DNA of 59,278 bases, filler included, from Alloascoidea hylecoeti (Eukaryota), in assembly GCA_001600815.1 (NCBI GenBank). It is 39 parts of 39 records of this genome, joined end to end, with 100 filler letters (N's around TTAATTAATTAA, not from the genome) between each part and the next. Parts side by side here need not be neighbours in the genome. Positions count along the whole stretch, not along the records: positions 9,655 to 11,411 come from BCKZ01000098.1; positions 11,512 to 13,243 come from BCKZ01000099.1; positions 13,344 to 15,039 come from BCKZ01000100.1; positions 15,140 to 16,829 come from BCKZ01000101.1; positions 16,930 to 18,617 come from BCKZ01000102.1; positions 18,718 to 20,391 come from BCKZ01000103.1; positions 20,492 to 22,061 come from BCKZ01000104.1; 32 more parts are not named here. One strand, 5' to 3'. The notes under the pieces are model-generated. The model was not told the origin of the DNA. It worked only from the letters and a program-made list of their open reading frames with translations, and made no database searches. This document shows positions 9,655 to 22,161 of the stretch, piece by piece. The position numbers were made by a program, and so were the translations under genes. How positions within the stretch are numbered: position 1 is the first letter of the stretch; the number at the start of each line of letters is the position of its first letter.

Positions 9655-11411
9655 CCCCAAGGCTACGAATGAATGCTGAAAGTCATCCTTAAACCCGAAA
9701 TCCAGACCAAGGAAGATTCAAACCTTCCCCCTGTTAACAAAACTACACAAGAGTTCCTGCCTTTTACAAAAGGTGAGCTCACAACTATCGTAGCGAAGAA
9801 CGAACTGCAATCAGGAATACCTCAAGGGGGAATAATATCCCCTTTATTGATGAACTGAACCCTAGATGGTATGGAAGAGACAATTAAAAGGGCAGCGGAT
9901 ATTAGGGATGAAAAAGGTAAGATACCAGTCGATGAAGAAATCTTCAAACACTTCACCGAGATCGATAAGATCCATAAAGAATCTAATCTTCCGGGGTTTA
10001 AATACCCCTCCGAGATAAGTAAAAGGGCTAAACTATTAGGCTACCGAGGTACATGAATGGTAAGATATGCAGACGATTTCGTTATCGGAACAATCAGCAC
10101 CAAATGTATGGAGGCTATCCAAATCGCCTTAATCAAGTTCCTAGCTGAACGAGGTTTAACCCTTTCTGAGGAGAAAACTACAATTAAGCAATGGACCATG
10201 GGTGAGAAAATTGACTTCCTATCATGAACTCATCACCTTATCAACCCTAAAAACCCTTTCTGACTAATCAAAACAGTTAAACAAGGGAGAGGAAGACTAA
10301 GAGATTGGAAAGGAATCTATACGTACCCTTCTGCGAAGGCCACCCAAAGTTTCAGAGAAGCAATAACCGACATAACCTCAAGGCACAACACCTACAAGGA
10401 AGTACATCAGATATTCAAGGAAATCAATTACTTAGTAACAGGTTGATCTAACTACTTCTCGCCAGGACCACTACAGGTCCATCTCAGAAGAAATCTGGAT
10501 TGATTTGTGAAAAAGCGATTTAAGATGTTCCTGTTTAAAAAATACGGAAACGCTTACTTTAAGGAATACCTAAAGTATTTCGCCAAAGGAAACTACAAAG
10601 ATTGGAAGAGTACTAACCAAGTCACTTACCTCGAGTCCCCGATTATCCTCGGTGGAGAATCACAAAATGGGAGAGTGAAAACGTTAAGAATCAAAACCTT
10701 ATCGGATCTAAGAGCAAATGCTCCCTGATTATTCACAAACCCAAAGGAAGAACTTATGAGTAACAGTTTCCATACTCATCCTCAACCTTCTATTCAAAGA
10801 GCTATAAGAATGGCCTCCTTCAAGAATGATACCAAATCTAAACTCTTCATAAGACAACAGTTCATATGTCCTTCTTGTGAAACCCTATTAGTTAACTGGA
10901 ACTCCATGATGATCACCGAGAATTTAAAAATGACTGAGCTAACAACGGCTAACAATGAGATAAGCAAAGGTCCCCAGTTCGAACAGGGAAACCGCCTAGC
11001 CATCAGTGTCCTCGATAATAGAAATCTTAACTGAATGAAAGACATAGACAAAGATCATGTTATACCCAAAATTATGAGCGGAAATATACCTGAACTAAAT
11101 AAGATAATCGATAAGGTGGATAACTATCAACTTCTTCACCAACTTTGTCACAGAGTCAAATCTATACAGCTAGATAGATGGAATAAGAATTTCAAAAGAT
11201 ACATAAATATCATTATTAAATTAAACGATAACATCGACAAACCCAAAGCTCATTGTATCACTCTGATCTTGTTGAATGAAGCTAAGTTACTTGATTTCCT
11301 GGTAACTAATCGGCAAGCTAAATTAACACTAAAAAATCTGATTCTAACAGCGAGAGGTATTTTAGCTCTAGGTAAAACGAAAAAGATAGCTAGTCCCCTC
11401 CCCCGCAGGGG
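9655..11411 (+). CDS. Mitochondrial-code group II intron-type RT/maturase with HNH endonuclease, partial at both ends
   Basis: Single frame if TGA=Trp. GIPQGGIISPLLMNWTLDG, VRYADDF, domain X (GWSNYF), CPSC...DHVIPK...NYQLLHQLCH. Confidence 0.9.
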
Positions 11412-11612
11412 NNNNNNNNNNNNNNNNNNNNNNNNNNNNNNNNNNNNNNNNNNNNTTAATTAATTAANNNNNNNNNNNNNNNNNNNNNNNNNNNNNNNNN
11501 NNNNNNNNNNNTATATATATATATATATAAAGTATATACCTTCACACTTCATAAATCATATACGCTTCCCAATTGATAGTTACGAGGGAAATAGTATGAA
11601 GCTATAAATCAA

Positions 11613-13243
11613 TCATGCAACATACTCATAACTATCTTTACCAACTCTTCTAATATACTCCTTCTCAATTAACTCTTCAATACATTTCTTTAGATCGGAA
11701 ATTTTCGGCTTAAACCTAGCATTTGATTGTGTCAAGACTTCACCAACCAAAGAAACATGGGTTAGTTCTTTTCTGGCCTTCATGATTCTGACAATACAGG
11801 CCTGAGTGTACATTCTTCTATCTTCTTTGATTTCCTTTGTAGTATCAAGCAGTTCTTTTTTGGCCTCAGTCTTTATAGGCAAATTTAAATTGACTCTCAC
11901 CTTCTTATTCTTAAAATCTTGATTGATTTTAAATTCGGTAGTGGTCTCAGTGATATGGGAAGCACCAGGTGGTGAAGGTAATAATATTCTCGCTTTAACT
12001 AATATTGAAAGAGGACCTGATAAGGTGTCATCAACTAATCCAGTAATCTCACTTAACTCTTGGAATGTGTACACATCTCCATGGTTATATGGTAATAATA
12101 TGGCCATTTGGTATAATGAGACTTGGAATATCTTAGGTGTACTAGCTTTTCTTGAAATATTGGCCTTTAATTCTCCTCGACAATGATGCCATAGCCAAGA
12201 TAATTTCCGACCTGAATGTTTATTTGAATAAAGTGTGACAAACCCATCAAATGTTTGTTTTAACTCCTTTGGTAGAATGAAATTATTGTTAGGTTTAGTG
12301 AAGGGCCACATATTTTCTGCTAATACTAAAGGTGAGATATCAATATCAAAATCATTAACTTTTCGGAATTCACTTCTTAAATCATTAGAAGCACGCATAT
12401 CATTGAACATTTTATGTAATTTAGAAGTGTATTCGGCACCAGCAATTGATTGTAACTTGTTAACCAAATTATCTTCTGCTTCTTCAGAAGCACTTTGATT
12501 ATTAATAAGCCGTCGAGCAAGCAATCTTCTGTAGAAAGTTTCAAAGGCATCCCTATCAATCAAATATTTGAAGATAGTTAATGTGTCATTAACTGCCTCT
12601 TCGGTATCTGTTGATTCTTTACTTTTCTTTTTTAGTAAATAATCTGCATATTTGGCTAACAATTCAGGGGTTTTTGAAATACCTTGGTTTCTCTTGTTTG
12701 CAGTTTTTGGCATTGCAATGGGGTTATTATTGATAAANTCTTTGCATCCATTATCTAAAGACTTTACAAATTCCGTGTCCCTATCAAATGAATCATCAAC
12801 AACTTTGGTAAATTTTTGATGAATAGCGAGGAGTGTTTTAATATATTGTTTTGGATCAATCGATCCTGGTCTTTTAACAGGAGCATTTGATGTACTGGGT
12901 GCAGTCGTAGACTCCATTTCTTCTTTACAGTTTGTAACTGCTTTTAAACCTTGATTAATAACATGATTTTGAAATATTTCCCGAAGCGGTTCCAATGTTG
13001 GAGGAACATGATTTAATAGTCTAAACATTCTTTGTAAATGATTAGTTTCCTCTGCATCCAATAATGTTTGGAATTCATTTCTCATAACGTCTGTATGTCC
13101 TAAAATTAAAACATTATCCAAAGCTTTCATCAATGGTTTTTCAGAATGACTATTTAAATAAATTTCTGCACGCTGTTGTTCTTCGGAAATTCTAGTTTCT
13201 GCCTTTCTCATATAATCAACAACCGAATTACTTGATAAAAATA
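11613..13243 (-). CDS. CDC53: Cullin-1 (SCF scaffold), 5' partial
   Basis: KTPELLAKYADYLLKK, KHSGRKLSWLW, neddylation domain QACIVRIMKARK, ends YEYVA-stop. Confidence 0.9.
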
Positions 13244-13356
13244 NNNNNNNNNNNNNNNNNNNNNNNNNNNNNNNNNNNNNNNNNNNNTTAATTAATTAAN
13301 NNNNNNNNNNNNNNNNNNNNNNNNNNNNNNNNNNNNNNNNNNNTATAGTATCTAAA

Positions 13357-15039
13357 ATGTCAAATCTCAATAATGAGTTCAATAGCTCTAGCGAAAAGTT
13401 ACAGTATCAAACATCTTTAAAAGGGCCTGATCATGACAGTAGTACTAATGAGCATGTAAAAAAAGGCGAGATAGAAGATCGGGAACAAAAGATAATTAGC
13501 CAAGTTGATCCAGAATCCCGAATTGAGGTGCTTCATGAGGGGTTGAAAAGTAGACATGTTCAACTAATTGCACTGGGTGGTTGTATTGGAACTGGTATGT
13601 TCATTGGTTCAGGATCTATTTTGGCGAATTGTGGGCCTGGAAGTCTATTAATTGGATATATCATAATGTCCGTTGTGCTATGGGATATTATGGTTTGTCT
13701 TGGAGAAATGGCAACTTATATCCCCCTCCCAGGTACGAGTGCTTACTCATTTGTTGATCGTTATTTTGATAGTAGTCTTGGATTTGCAGCTGGCTGGAAC
13801 TATTTTTATGCATTTTCAATTNTTATTCCAGCAGAAATCACGGCAGGTGGTATTATCATTGAGTATTGGATTGACTCTGTTAATGCTGCCGTCTGGATAA
13901 CAATTTTCCTTTTGGTTATCACCATTCTGAATTTTCTTCCTGTCTCTTTCTATGGTGAAACTGAGTTCTGGTTTGCTTCAATCAAAATCATTTGTATCGT
14001 AATGTTGTTAATTGTTGGTTTGGTGATCATTTGTGGTGGTGCACCCGACCATGATGCNAAGGGGTTTAGGTATTGGAATAATCCAGGGGCATTCGTTGAG
14101 CATCTTACAGGAGGAAGTACTGGAAAATTTTTAGGTGTATGGACAGCTATTATTAAAGCTGGGTTTGCGTTTGTGGTTAGTCCAGAGCTGGTAGTGGCCA
14201 CTACTGGTGAAACTGAATGTCCAAGAAGAAACATACCCAAAGCTGCTAATAGATTTATTTACAGGTTAGCATTCTTCTATATTGGAGCCGCGATAATCAT
14301 TGGTACTATTACATCCTCTAAAGATGACCAATTGTTGGATGCTATTGCAAGTGGAACTTCAACCGCAGCAGCATCTCCATTTGTAATTGGTATTCAAAAT
14401 GCAGGCATACATGTTCTAAATCATATTGTTAATGCATGTATTTTAACTTCAGCTTGGTCTTCTGGTAATTCATTTGTTTATGCTGCCTCTAGAACAGCTT
14501 ATTCATTAGCTATGAGAGGTCAAGGACCAAAGTTTCTAACTAAATGTAATAGATTTGGTACCCCATACTATTGTGTAGCGTTTGCTTTATGTTTTGGCTT
14601 GCTTTCATATATGAATGTCACCAGTTCCGCAGCCAACGTTTTCAATTGGTTCGTTAATATTACTACTGTGTCAGGATATATTGCCTGGATTGTTGTTTTA
14701 CTTGCATATTTGAGATTCAGAAAAGCAATTATTTTTAATGGTCTTGAGAATCAATTAACCTATAAAGCACGATTTCAGCCGTATCTTACTTGGGGGGTGA
14801 TAGTATTCTTAATTATTTTGACCTTAACAAATGGTTATGCTGTCTTTTTCTCTTTCAATGCCTCTGATTTCTTTGCTGCTTATGTTACAATTCCAATTTT
14901 TGCTGTACTTTATTTTGGCCATCTTATTTGGAGGAAGTTTAGTTTCCCTGATCAACCATTAACATTTATGAAACCAATTCATCATGTCGATATTATTACA
15001 GGTAAAGCTTTTGCTGATGCACAAGAAGCTAAATATCCA
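13357..15039 (+). CDS. PUT4: YAT-family amino acid permease, proline permease-like, 3' partial
   Basis: LKSRHVQLIALGGCIGTG, HLTGGSTG...IIKAGFAF...PELV...RRNIPKA..RFIYRL resemble yeast Put4; gene symbol by resemblance only. Confidence 0.78.
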
Positions 15040-15299
15040 NNNNNNNNNNNNNNNNNNNNNNNNNNNNNNNNNNNNNNNNNNNNTTAATTAATTAANNNNN
15101 NNNNNNNNNNNNNNNNNNNNNNNNNNNNNNNNNNNNNNNCCCCCAGTTGCCCCCGAATAAACCAACCTACCAACCTACCAATCAACCAACCAATCACCTA
15201 TGGTTATGTTAATTTTAAGGTATAATGAAGGGGTTTTTAAGCCTCCTAAGGTTTAAATAAATTAACGAAAATAAATTAAAGTAAAAAATTATAAAAAAA

Positions 15300-16742
15300 A
15301 TGACAAGTATAATTCTATTTTTAAATTTAATAGGAATAATTTTAATATTATTCGTAAGTAATGATGGGATGTTAAGTTTATTATATCAAAGATTGGTACG
15401 TCAACTAGGATTAATAACAACAGTATTAGTAATGTATGTATTGGTATATTATGGATATATTTATAATATGCAAGAAATAGGATATCAATTCCAAGAAGAA
15501 ATATTTTCAATAAGATGAGGAGTAGATTTAATCTCATATATATTAATATGTTTAACTAGTATATTGGTACCTTTAGCTATATTATCCAATTGAAAAAATC
15601 TAACAACAGAGGTAAATAAGTTTGTTTTAATAATGGTATTATTAGGTGTATTATTAATTTTAAATTTTATATGTTTAGATATGATATCTTTTTATATATT
15701 TTTTGAAAGTACATTAGCTCCCTTATTTATATTAATAGGTATGTATGGAGCAGGAGATAAATCTAAAGCTGCTTCTTATATATTATTATATACTTTATTA
15801 AGTTCTTTATTTATGTTATTATCTATAGGTGTATTAAGTTACCTCTTAAATTCTACAGATTATAATTTAGTTGGTTCATACTTAATTTCTATAGATATAC
15901 AATGTGTAGTATGATTAGGTCTAGTAATAGCTATAGCTGTGAAAACACCTATCATGCCTTTCCATACTTGATTACCAGTAGTTCATTCTGAGTCACCATT
16001 AGGTGGTTCAATCTTATTAGCAGGTGTAGTTTTAAAATTAGCGATATATGCAGTAATTAGATTAATCTTACCAGGTTTAACAGAAGCCACAGTCTTATAT
16101 ATACCAGGGGTTTACGTGGTAGGAGTTTTAACAATAGTCTTAACATGTTTAATAACTTTAAGACAAACTGATTTAAAGGTAATCATAGCATATAGTTCTA
16201 TAGGTCATATGGCGGTATGTGTGTTAGGAGTTTTTGCAAATAATTTATTAGGTTTAGAAGGTAGTATAATGATGTGTTTAGCCCATGGTTTTGTATCTCC
16301 GGCTTTATTTATCGCAGTGGGTGGAGTTTTATATGATAGATATCATAATAGATTGGTAAATTATTATCAAGGTTTAACTAGTTTTATGCCTGTGTTTGTC
16401 GTTTATTTAGTTATATTTAGTTTCTGTAATATAGGAACTCCTTTAAGTGCTAATTTTTTAGGGGAAATATTATCTTTAGCTGGAGCCTACCAACAAGCTC
16501 CTTTATTAATAGTATTAGGTGTTTCATCCGTTTTATTAAGTGCTTGTTATCAAATGAGATTAACTAATAGATTGACAGGAGGAGCTAAATCAGTATATCT
16601 TCATGTTACAAGAGATTTAACTCATAGAGAAGTTTTCTTATTTAATATGCTATTAATTCCTACAATATTTATAGGTATTTATCCTAATTTTATATTAAAC
16701 CCTATAGAAATAGTTTCAGATTTAATTATTTATAATATATAA
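15300..16742 (+). CDS. nad4: Mitochondrial NADH dehydrogenase subunit 4, complete, intron-less
   Basis: One frame with TGA=Trp. FYIFFESTLAP, KTPIMPFHTWLP, LAGVVLKL, LRQTDLKVIIAYSSIGHM. Confidence 0.97.
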
Positions 16743-16929
16743 TTTAATATATTTCTTAATAAATATCTATACCGTAAATAAAAACCCCTTCCTTACCATC
16801 ATTCATTCATTCATTCATTCATTCCTTCCNNNNNNNNNNNNNNNNNNNNNNNNNNNNNNNNNNNNNNNNNNNNTTAATTAATTAANNNNNNNNNNNNNNN
16901 NNNNNNNNNNNNNNNNNNNNNNNNNNNNN

Positions 16930-17016
16930 TTCAGTTAGAGAAGTGGATCTTTTAGAAAGAGTGTCGGCAAATGCACCAGCGGCGAAAAAAATAGTAGCTA
17001 ATGATAAAAACTTCAT
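16930..17016 (-). CDS. N-terminus of the same secreted protein, divergent copy 2
   Basis: Identical sequence on the minus strand. Confidence 0.75.
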
Positions 17017-17583
17017 TGCAATTGGATGTAGAATAAATATCTGTTTTGATGATTTTAAAAAATGGGATTTAAGCACATTTATATAGTTGAGAACTTGAGC
17101 GTTAAAATATAAGTTATGAATATACTTCTGAAAAGGCGGGAATATTTCATTTTGGTATATACTTTTTTTTGATAATATATAATTATCATTAAATTTTAAA
17201 TCCATATGTTTCGTACAGAATATCTATGAATATTATGGGTTAATAATCACGTTTCAACTTCCTGTTATAGTTACGTGTACTCATTATCATTTTATATCTA
17301 GATATATATTTTATGTGATACTTTGAAGCAGCCAAGCAAAAATACATATGAGCTTGTAGAAACTTAAACAATTTTCCTTGTCTGAGTGCCAAGCTTAAGA
17401 TATACATATATATACTTATATATAATGAATATTATCAATTGACACAGTTCCACAGTTATTGCTGTAGAATTGCGATTGATGTGGCTAACTTTTCTGATTT
17501 TCATTTGTTACCATCAAAATTTATACTATCCGAGGATCTAAGACTAATCTCGTATAATTAAATAAACGTTATTGAAAATTTAA
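16930..17583 (-). repeat. Left arm of a 654-bp inverted repeat
   Basis: Reverse complement of 17964-18617; 380-bp unique spacer at 17584-17963. Confidence 0.95.
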
Positions 17584-17963
17584 TATTGGGTCATCACAAT
17601 TGCAAACCACTATCAATTATTGATTATTTATTATTATATACATATTGTAATCGAAAATATACATGTATATCCTGCTACTGAGCATTCTGAAATGCCTTAA
17701 GATAGTTTGTAATGTTCAGTGTTCTTTTAAATATTCAGTCATGATCAGTACTAGTGTAAAATGACATCTTATGCTTAGTATTAGTGTTGAGACCCTAACG
17801 TCTGGATCCTAAGCGGTTGCCCATATACGAGGCATGGAGGTGCAGTAGAAGAACTTGGATTGTTCCAGAAAAAAAAGTCTGGACAAGCGGAAGTCCATCC
17901 AAGTATTACATAATATATTTACAGTAACTGAGGTTGTGACGAAGTAGAGGATGTTTTTCATAG

Positions 17964-18617
17964 TTAAATTTTCAATAACGTTTATTTAATTATACGAGAT
18001 TAGTCTTAGATCCTCGGATAGTATAAATTTTGATGGTAACAAATGAAAATCAGAAAAGTTAGCCACATCAATCGCAATTCTACAGCAATAACTGTGGAAC
18101 TGTGTCAATTGATAATATTCATTATATATAAGTATATATATGTATATCTTAAGCTTGGCACTCAGACAAGGAAAATTGTTTAAGTTTCTACAAGCTCATA
18201 TGTATTTTTGCTTGGCTGCTTCAAAGTATCACATAAAATATATATCTAGATATAAAATGATAATGAGTACACGTAACTATAACAGGAAGTTGAAACGTGA
18301 TTATTAACCCATAATATTCATAGATATTCTGTACGAAACATATGGATTTAAAATTTAATGATAATTATATATTATCAAAAAAAAGTATATACCAAAATGA
18401 AATATTCCCGCCTTTTCAGAAGTATATTCATAACTTATATTTTAACGCTCAAGTTCTCAACTATATAAATGTGCTTAAATCCCATTTTTTAAAATCATCA
18501 AAACAGATATTTATTCTACATCCAATTGCAATGAAGTTTTTATCATTAGCTACTATTTTTTTCGCCGCTGGTGCATTTGCCGACACTCTTTCTAAAAGAT
18601 CCACTTCTCTAACTGAA
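17964..18617 (+). repeat. Right arm of the 654-bp inverted repeat
   Basis: Reverse complement of 16930-17583. Confidence 0.95.
18531..18617 (+). CDS. N-terminus of a secreted protein (signal peptide + Kex2 KR site), copy 1
   Basis: MKFLSLATIFFAAGAFADTLSKRSTSLTE, with TATAAA about 65 nt upstream. Confidence 0.75.
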
Positions 18618-18717
18618 NNNNNNNNNNNNNNNNNNNNNNNNNNNNNNNNNNNNNNNNNNNNTTAATTAATTAANNNNNNNNNNNNNNNNNNNNNNNNNNN
18701 NNNNNNNNNNNNNNNNN

Positions 18718-20391
18718 AATTTGATATCCCATCAGTTGAGGCATTTGAAAGAAAACTAGAGGAGGCCCAAAATGAAAATGGCACACCACAAGAATCTAGA
18801 GTTCCCGTAAATTATGCACAAGAAGGAACATTGACAAGGGCTATTCTTTCACTTCTACCAACAGTATTATTATTTGGTGGCTTAATGTATATGACCAAAA
18901 AATCAGTTAGCAGTCTTGGAAACAAATCTGGTGGAATATTTAACGTTGGTAAAAGCAAAGCAAAGATGTTTGATGCGAAATCACAAAAACTGGTAAAGTT
19001 TAAAGATGTAGCTGGATGTGATGAAGCTAAACAAGAAATAATGGAATTTGTTTCATTTTTAAAGGAGCCAGCCAAGTATGAAAAACTGGGCGCTAAGATC
19101 CCACGAGGTGCAATTTTGTCAGGTCCTCCCGGTACAGGTAAAACATTACTGGCTAAGGCCACAGCTGGAGAAGCTGGAGTTCCATTTTTCTCAGTTTCAG
19201 GATCCGAATTTGTTGAAATGTATGTTGGTGTTGGTGCCAGCAGAGTTCGAGACTTATTCAAACAGGCAAGGACTCATGCACCCTCAATTGTTTTTGTTGA
19301 TGAAATTGATGCCATTGGGCGGGCTAGAGGTAAAGGTAACGCTTCTGGAGCAAACGACGAACGGGAAGCAACCCTAAATCAATTATTAGTTGAGATGGAT
19401 GGGTTTGAGTCTTCGGATCATGTTGTTGTGTTAGCGGGAACTAACATGCCAAAAGTTTTGGATCCTGCATTACTGAGGCCAGGTCGATTTGATCGTCGTA
19501 TACATCTTGATAATCCCAGTGTTGAAGGACGCAAAGCGATATTTTCGGTTCATTTAAAGAAGTTAACTCTCAAAGGAGATGTTCCAGATTTAGAAGGTAG
19601 ATTAGCAGCATTAACACCTGGATTTTCCGGAGCTGATATAGCGAATTGTTGCAATGAAGCAGCTCTGATTGCGGCCAGACGGGGTGCAGCTACAGTTGAG
19701 GTTAAACATTTTGAACAAGCGATCGAACGAGTAATTGCTGGATTAGAAAAGAAGTCCAAGCTTTTGTCTCCAGATGAAAAACGCGTTGTTGCTTACCATG
19801 AAGCTGGACATGCTATCTGTGGTTGGTTCTTAGAATATGCCAACCCATTGTTAAAGGTTTCAATCATCCCTAGAGGTCAAGGAGCTTTAGGATACGCACA
19901 ATATCTCCCCGCAGACACATACTTATCTAGCGAAGTGGAACTTATGGATATGATGGCAATGACTCTTGGAGGACGTGTAAGTGAAGAACTTCATTTTGAA
20001 TCAGTTACCAGTGGAGCTAGTGATGATTTTAGTAAGGTTACTAGAATCGCCACACACATGGTTACGACATGTGGAATGAGTGAAAAGGTTGGATTAGTTA
20101 ATTTCGAGCAAGACCCACAATCTCAATCTATGACTAAACCATTCAGTGATTACACAGCCACGATGATTGACGAAGAAGTAAAACGTATTGTGGATGGAGC
20201 ATATAAACTATGTAAAGATTTGCTGGTATCCAAAAAGGCAGAGATTGGATTGGTGGCAGAAGAATTATTAACTAAGGAAGTGATAACGAGAGAAGATATG
20301 ATTCGATTATTAGGGAAGCGCCCATTTGTGGAAAGAAATGATGCATTTGACAAATATCTGGCAGATGCTGAAATTGAAGTTGAAAAAAATA
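18718..20391 (+). CDS. YTA12: Mitochondrial m-AAA protease subunit, partial
   Basis: Walker [19 protein letters not shown] zinc motif. The C-terminus [18 protein letters not shown] favours Yta12 over Afg3. Confidence 0.85.
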
Positions 20392-20491
20392 NNNNNNNNN
20401 NNNNNNNNNNNNNNNNNNNNNNNNNNNNNNNNNNNTTAATTAATTAANNNNNNNNNNNNNNNNNNNNNNNNNNNNNNNNNNNNNNNNNNNN

Positions 20492-21987
20492 AGGTCACCC
20501 ATTAAAGAAATGTCAAAACCATTATCGGCTAAATACTGAACGAACTCCTTATCCTCACGAGTGATTGCATCTTGTGTCAAAGGAGGCAAGAAGAATAAAG
20601 CGAGAGTTCCAGAAAGCAAGCAAATCGAAGAAGAAACCCAGAATGGTGNTTGCATATACCCATCACTACCTTCTGGTCCTCCGGCCCTTTGGATGTAGGG
20701 GAAAATATAAGTACCAATGAAAGCACCAAGTTTTCCCACAGCAGCTGCGATACCATAATATTGACCTCTAACAGCAGATGAGGAGGTCTTGGAAGCGATT
20801 AATCCAATGTTATCTCCGCAACTGAACTCACCCATGGTTTGAAAGAGACCATATAAGACTACGAACCCTCCAATGCTGTTTCCCATGCTGGGATAAACGG
20901 CAGCCATTACNTAACCTAACACTCCCTGAATATACACGCCAATTGTTAAAGTAAGTCGTGGACCGATATAATCGGAAACGAGAGCACCAATTAGACAACC
21001 AGGAATGNNGAACAAGTTGAGTACTGTATTANAACCAAATGTTTTCACCAAATCGTTANTGCCACCNGGATTGAATGTTTCAATCATCGGAGCTGAATAA
21101 ATACCGAAAGCATAAGATGAGAAATTATAATTAAACCAAATAAAAGCAACGATGAATAATCGGAAACCGTAGTATTTAAAGATTAATCTATAAGGTGGTT
21201 TTGTTCTTTTNAAGTTGTGTTTTTGGAAAGATTCATGTTCTTCAAATTTCAATCTCAAATAAAATAAAGAAATAGGGAAAACGGCACCTAGTCCAAGAGT
21301 CATACGCCAGACCCATCCTAAGTTCTCTTCAGTATAAATCCATAATAAAATAAGGGGAACAAAAGAAGAAATAACAAATCCGGAATCAATCATACAGTTT
21401 GTAAACCAAATGAACCATCTGTTTCTGTTTCCACTTTTAACGGTAGAACTTGCTTCGGCTGCTGCAACTGAACCAGAAGGATATTCACCTCCTATACCAA
21501 TACCGAGAAAGAATCTGAAGGCTGTTAATGCAGAAAGAAGACCATCCACGGAACCTTTATAACCCCATGATAAAGAGCAAAGCAATGCAAATACAATTAA
21601 AAGGACATTAGAGACCAACATGCATATTTTTCTTGAAAAACGATCAGCAAAGTATCCAAAACTAATCTGCCCCANAATAGTACCAGCAAAAACAATTGAA
21701 CTGACGTTTGAAATGGCTGTTGATTTTGTCATCTCAACNGGGTAAAGTCTCTTTAAACAAACGTTGACAGCAGAAATAGAATTGTTGACATAACCATCCG
21801 AGAAAAGCCCAGCACCAGAAGCAATAATAGCCCAGTAATCATTTTTGTTTGGTTTTTCCTTTTCAACTAAATCATCTTCTAGAATTTCATCTTGGAGTTC
21901 TACTTCAGACTCAATTTGTTTTTTTCCTTTATTAAAGACCGTGATTTCCTCTCTAACTGTGTGGGTCCAATTTGAAACCACCCCCAT
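20492..21987 (-). CDS. GIT1: MFS glycerophosphodiester (glycerophosphoinositol) permease, 3' partial
   Basis: SGAGLFSDGYVNN, GIGIGGEYPSGSVAAAE, RNRWFIWFTNCMID, VRGQYYGIAAAVGK. Confidence 0.85.
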
Positions 21988-22161
21988 ATTTATATTTTTT
22001 TCTTTCTTAAAAACAATAACCAGTTATTCAATTAAGAAGCATATAATAATGAGATAGAATANNNNNNNNNNNNNNNNNNNNNNNNNNNNNNNNNNNNNNN
22101 NNNNNTTAATTAATTAANNNNNNNNNNNNNNNNNNNNNNNNNNNNNNNNNNNNNNNNNNNN

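Noticed and set aside
15300..16742. True translational bypassing (frame-breaking byps) in core mitochondrial genes
   Set aside because: nad1, nad4, nad4L, nad6, rps3 and the cox3/nad5 first exons have uninterrupted frames, and TCC codons are used normally.
18342..18530. Upstream extension MDLKFND... of the secreted protein ORF (and mirror at 17017-17205)
   Set aside because: AT-rich promoter sequence containing the TATA box; the signal peptide starts at 18531.
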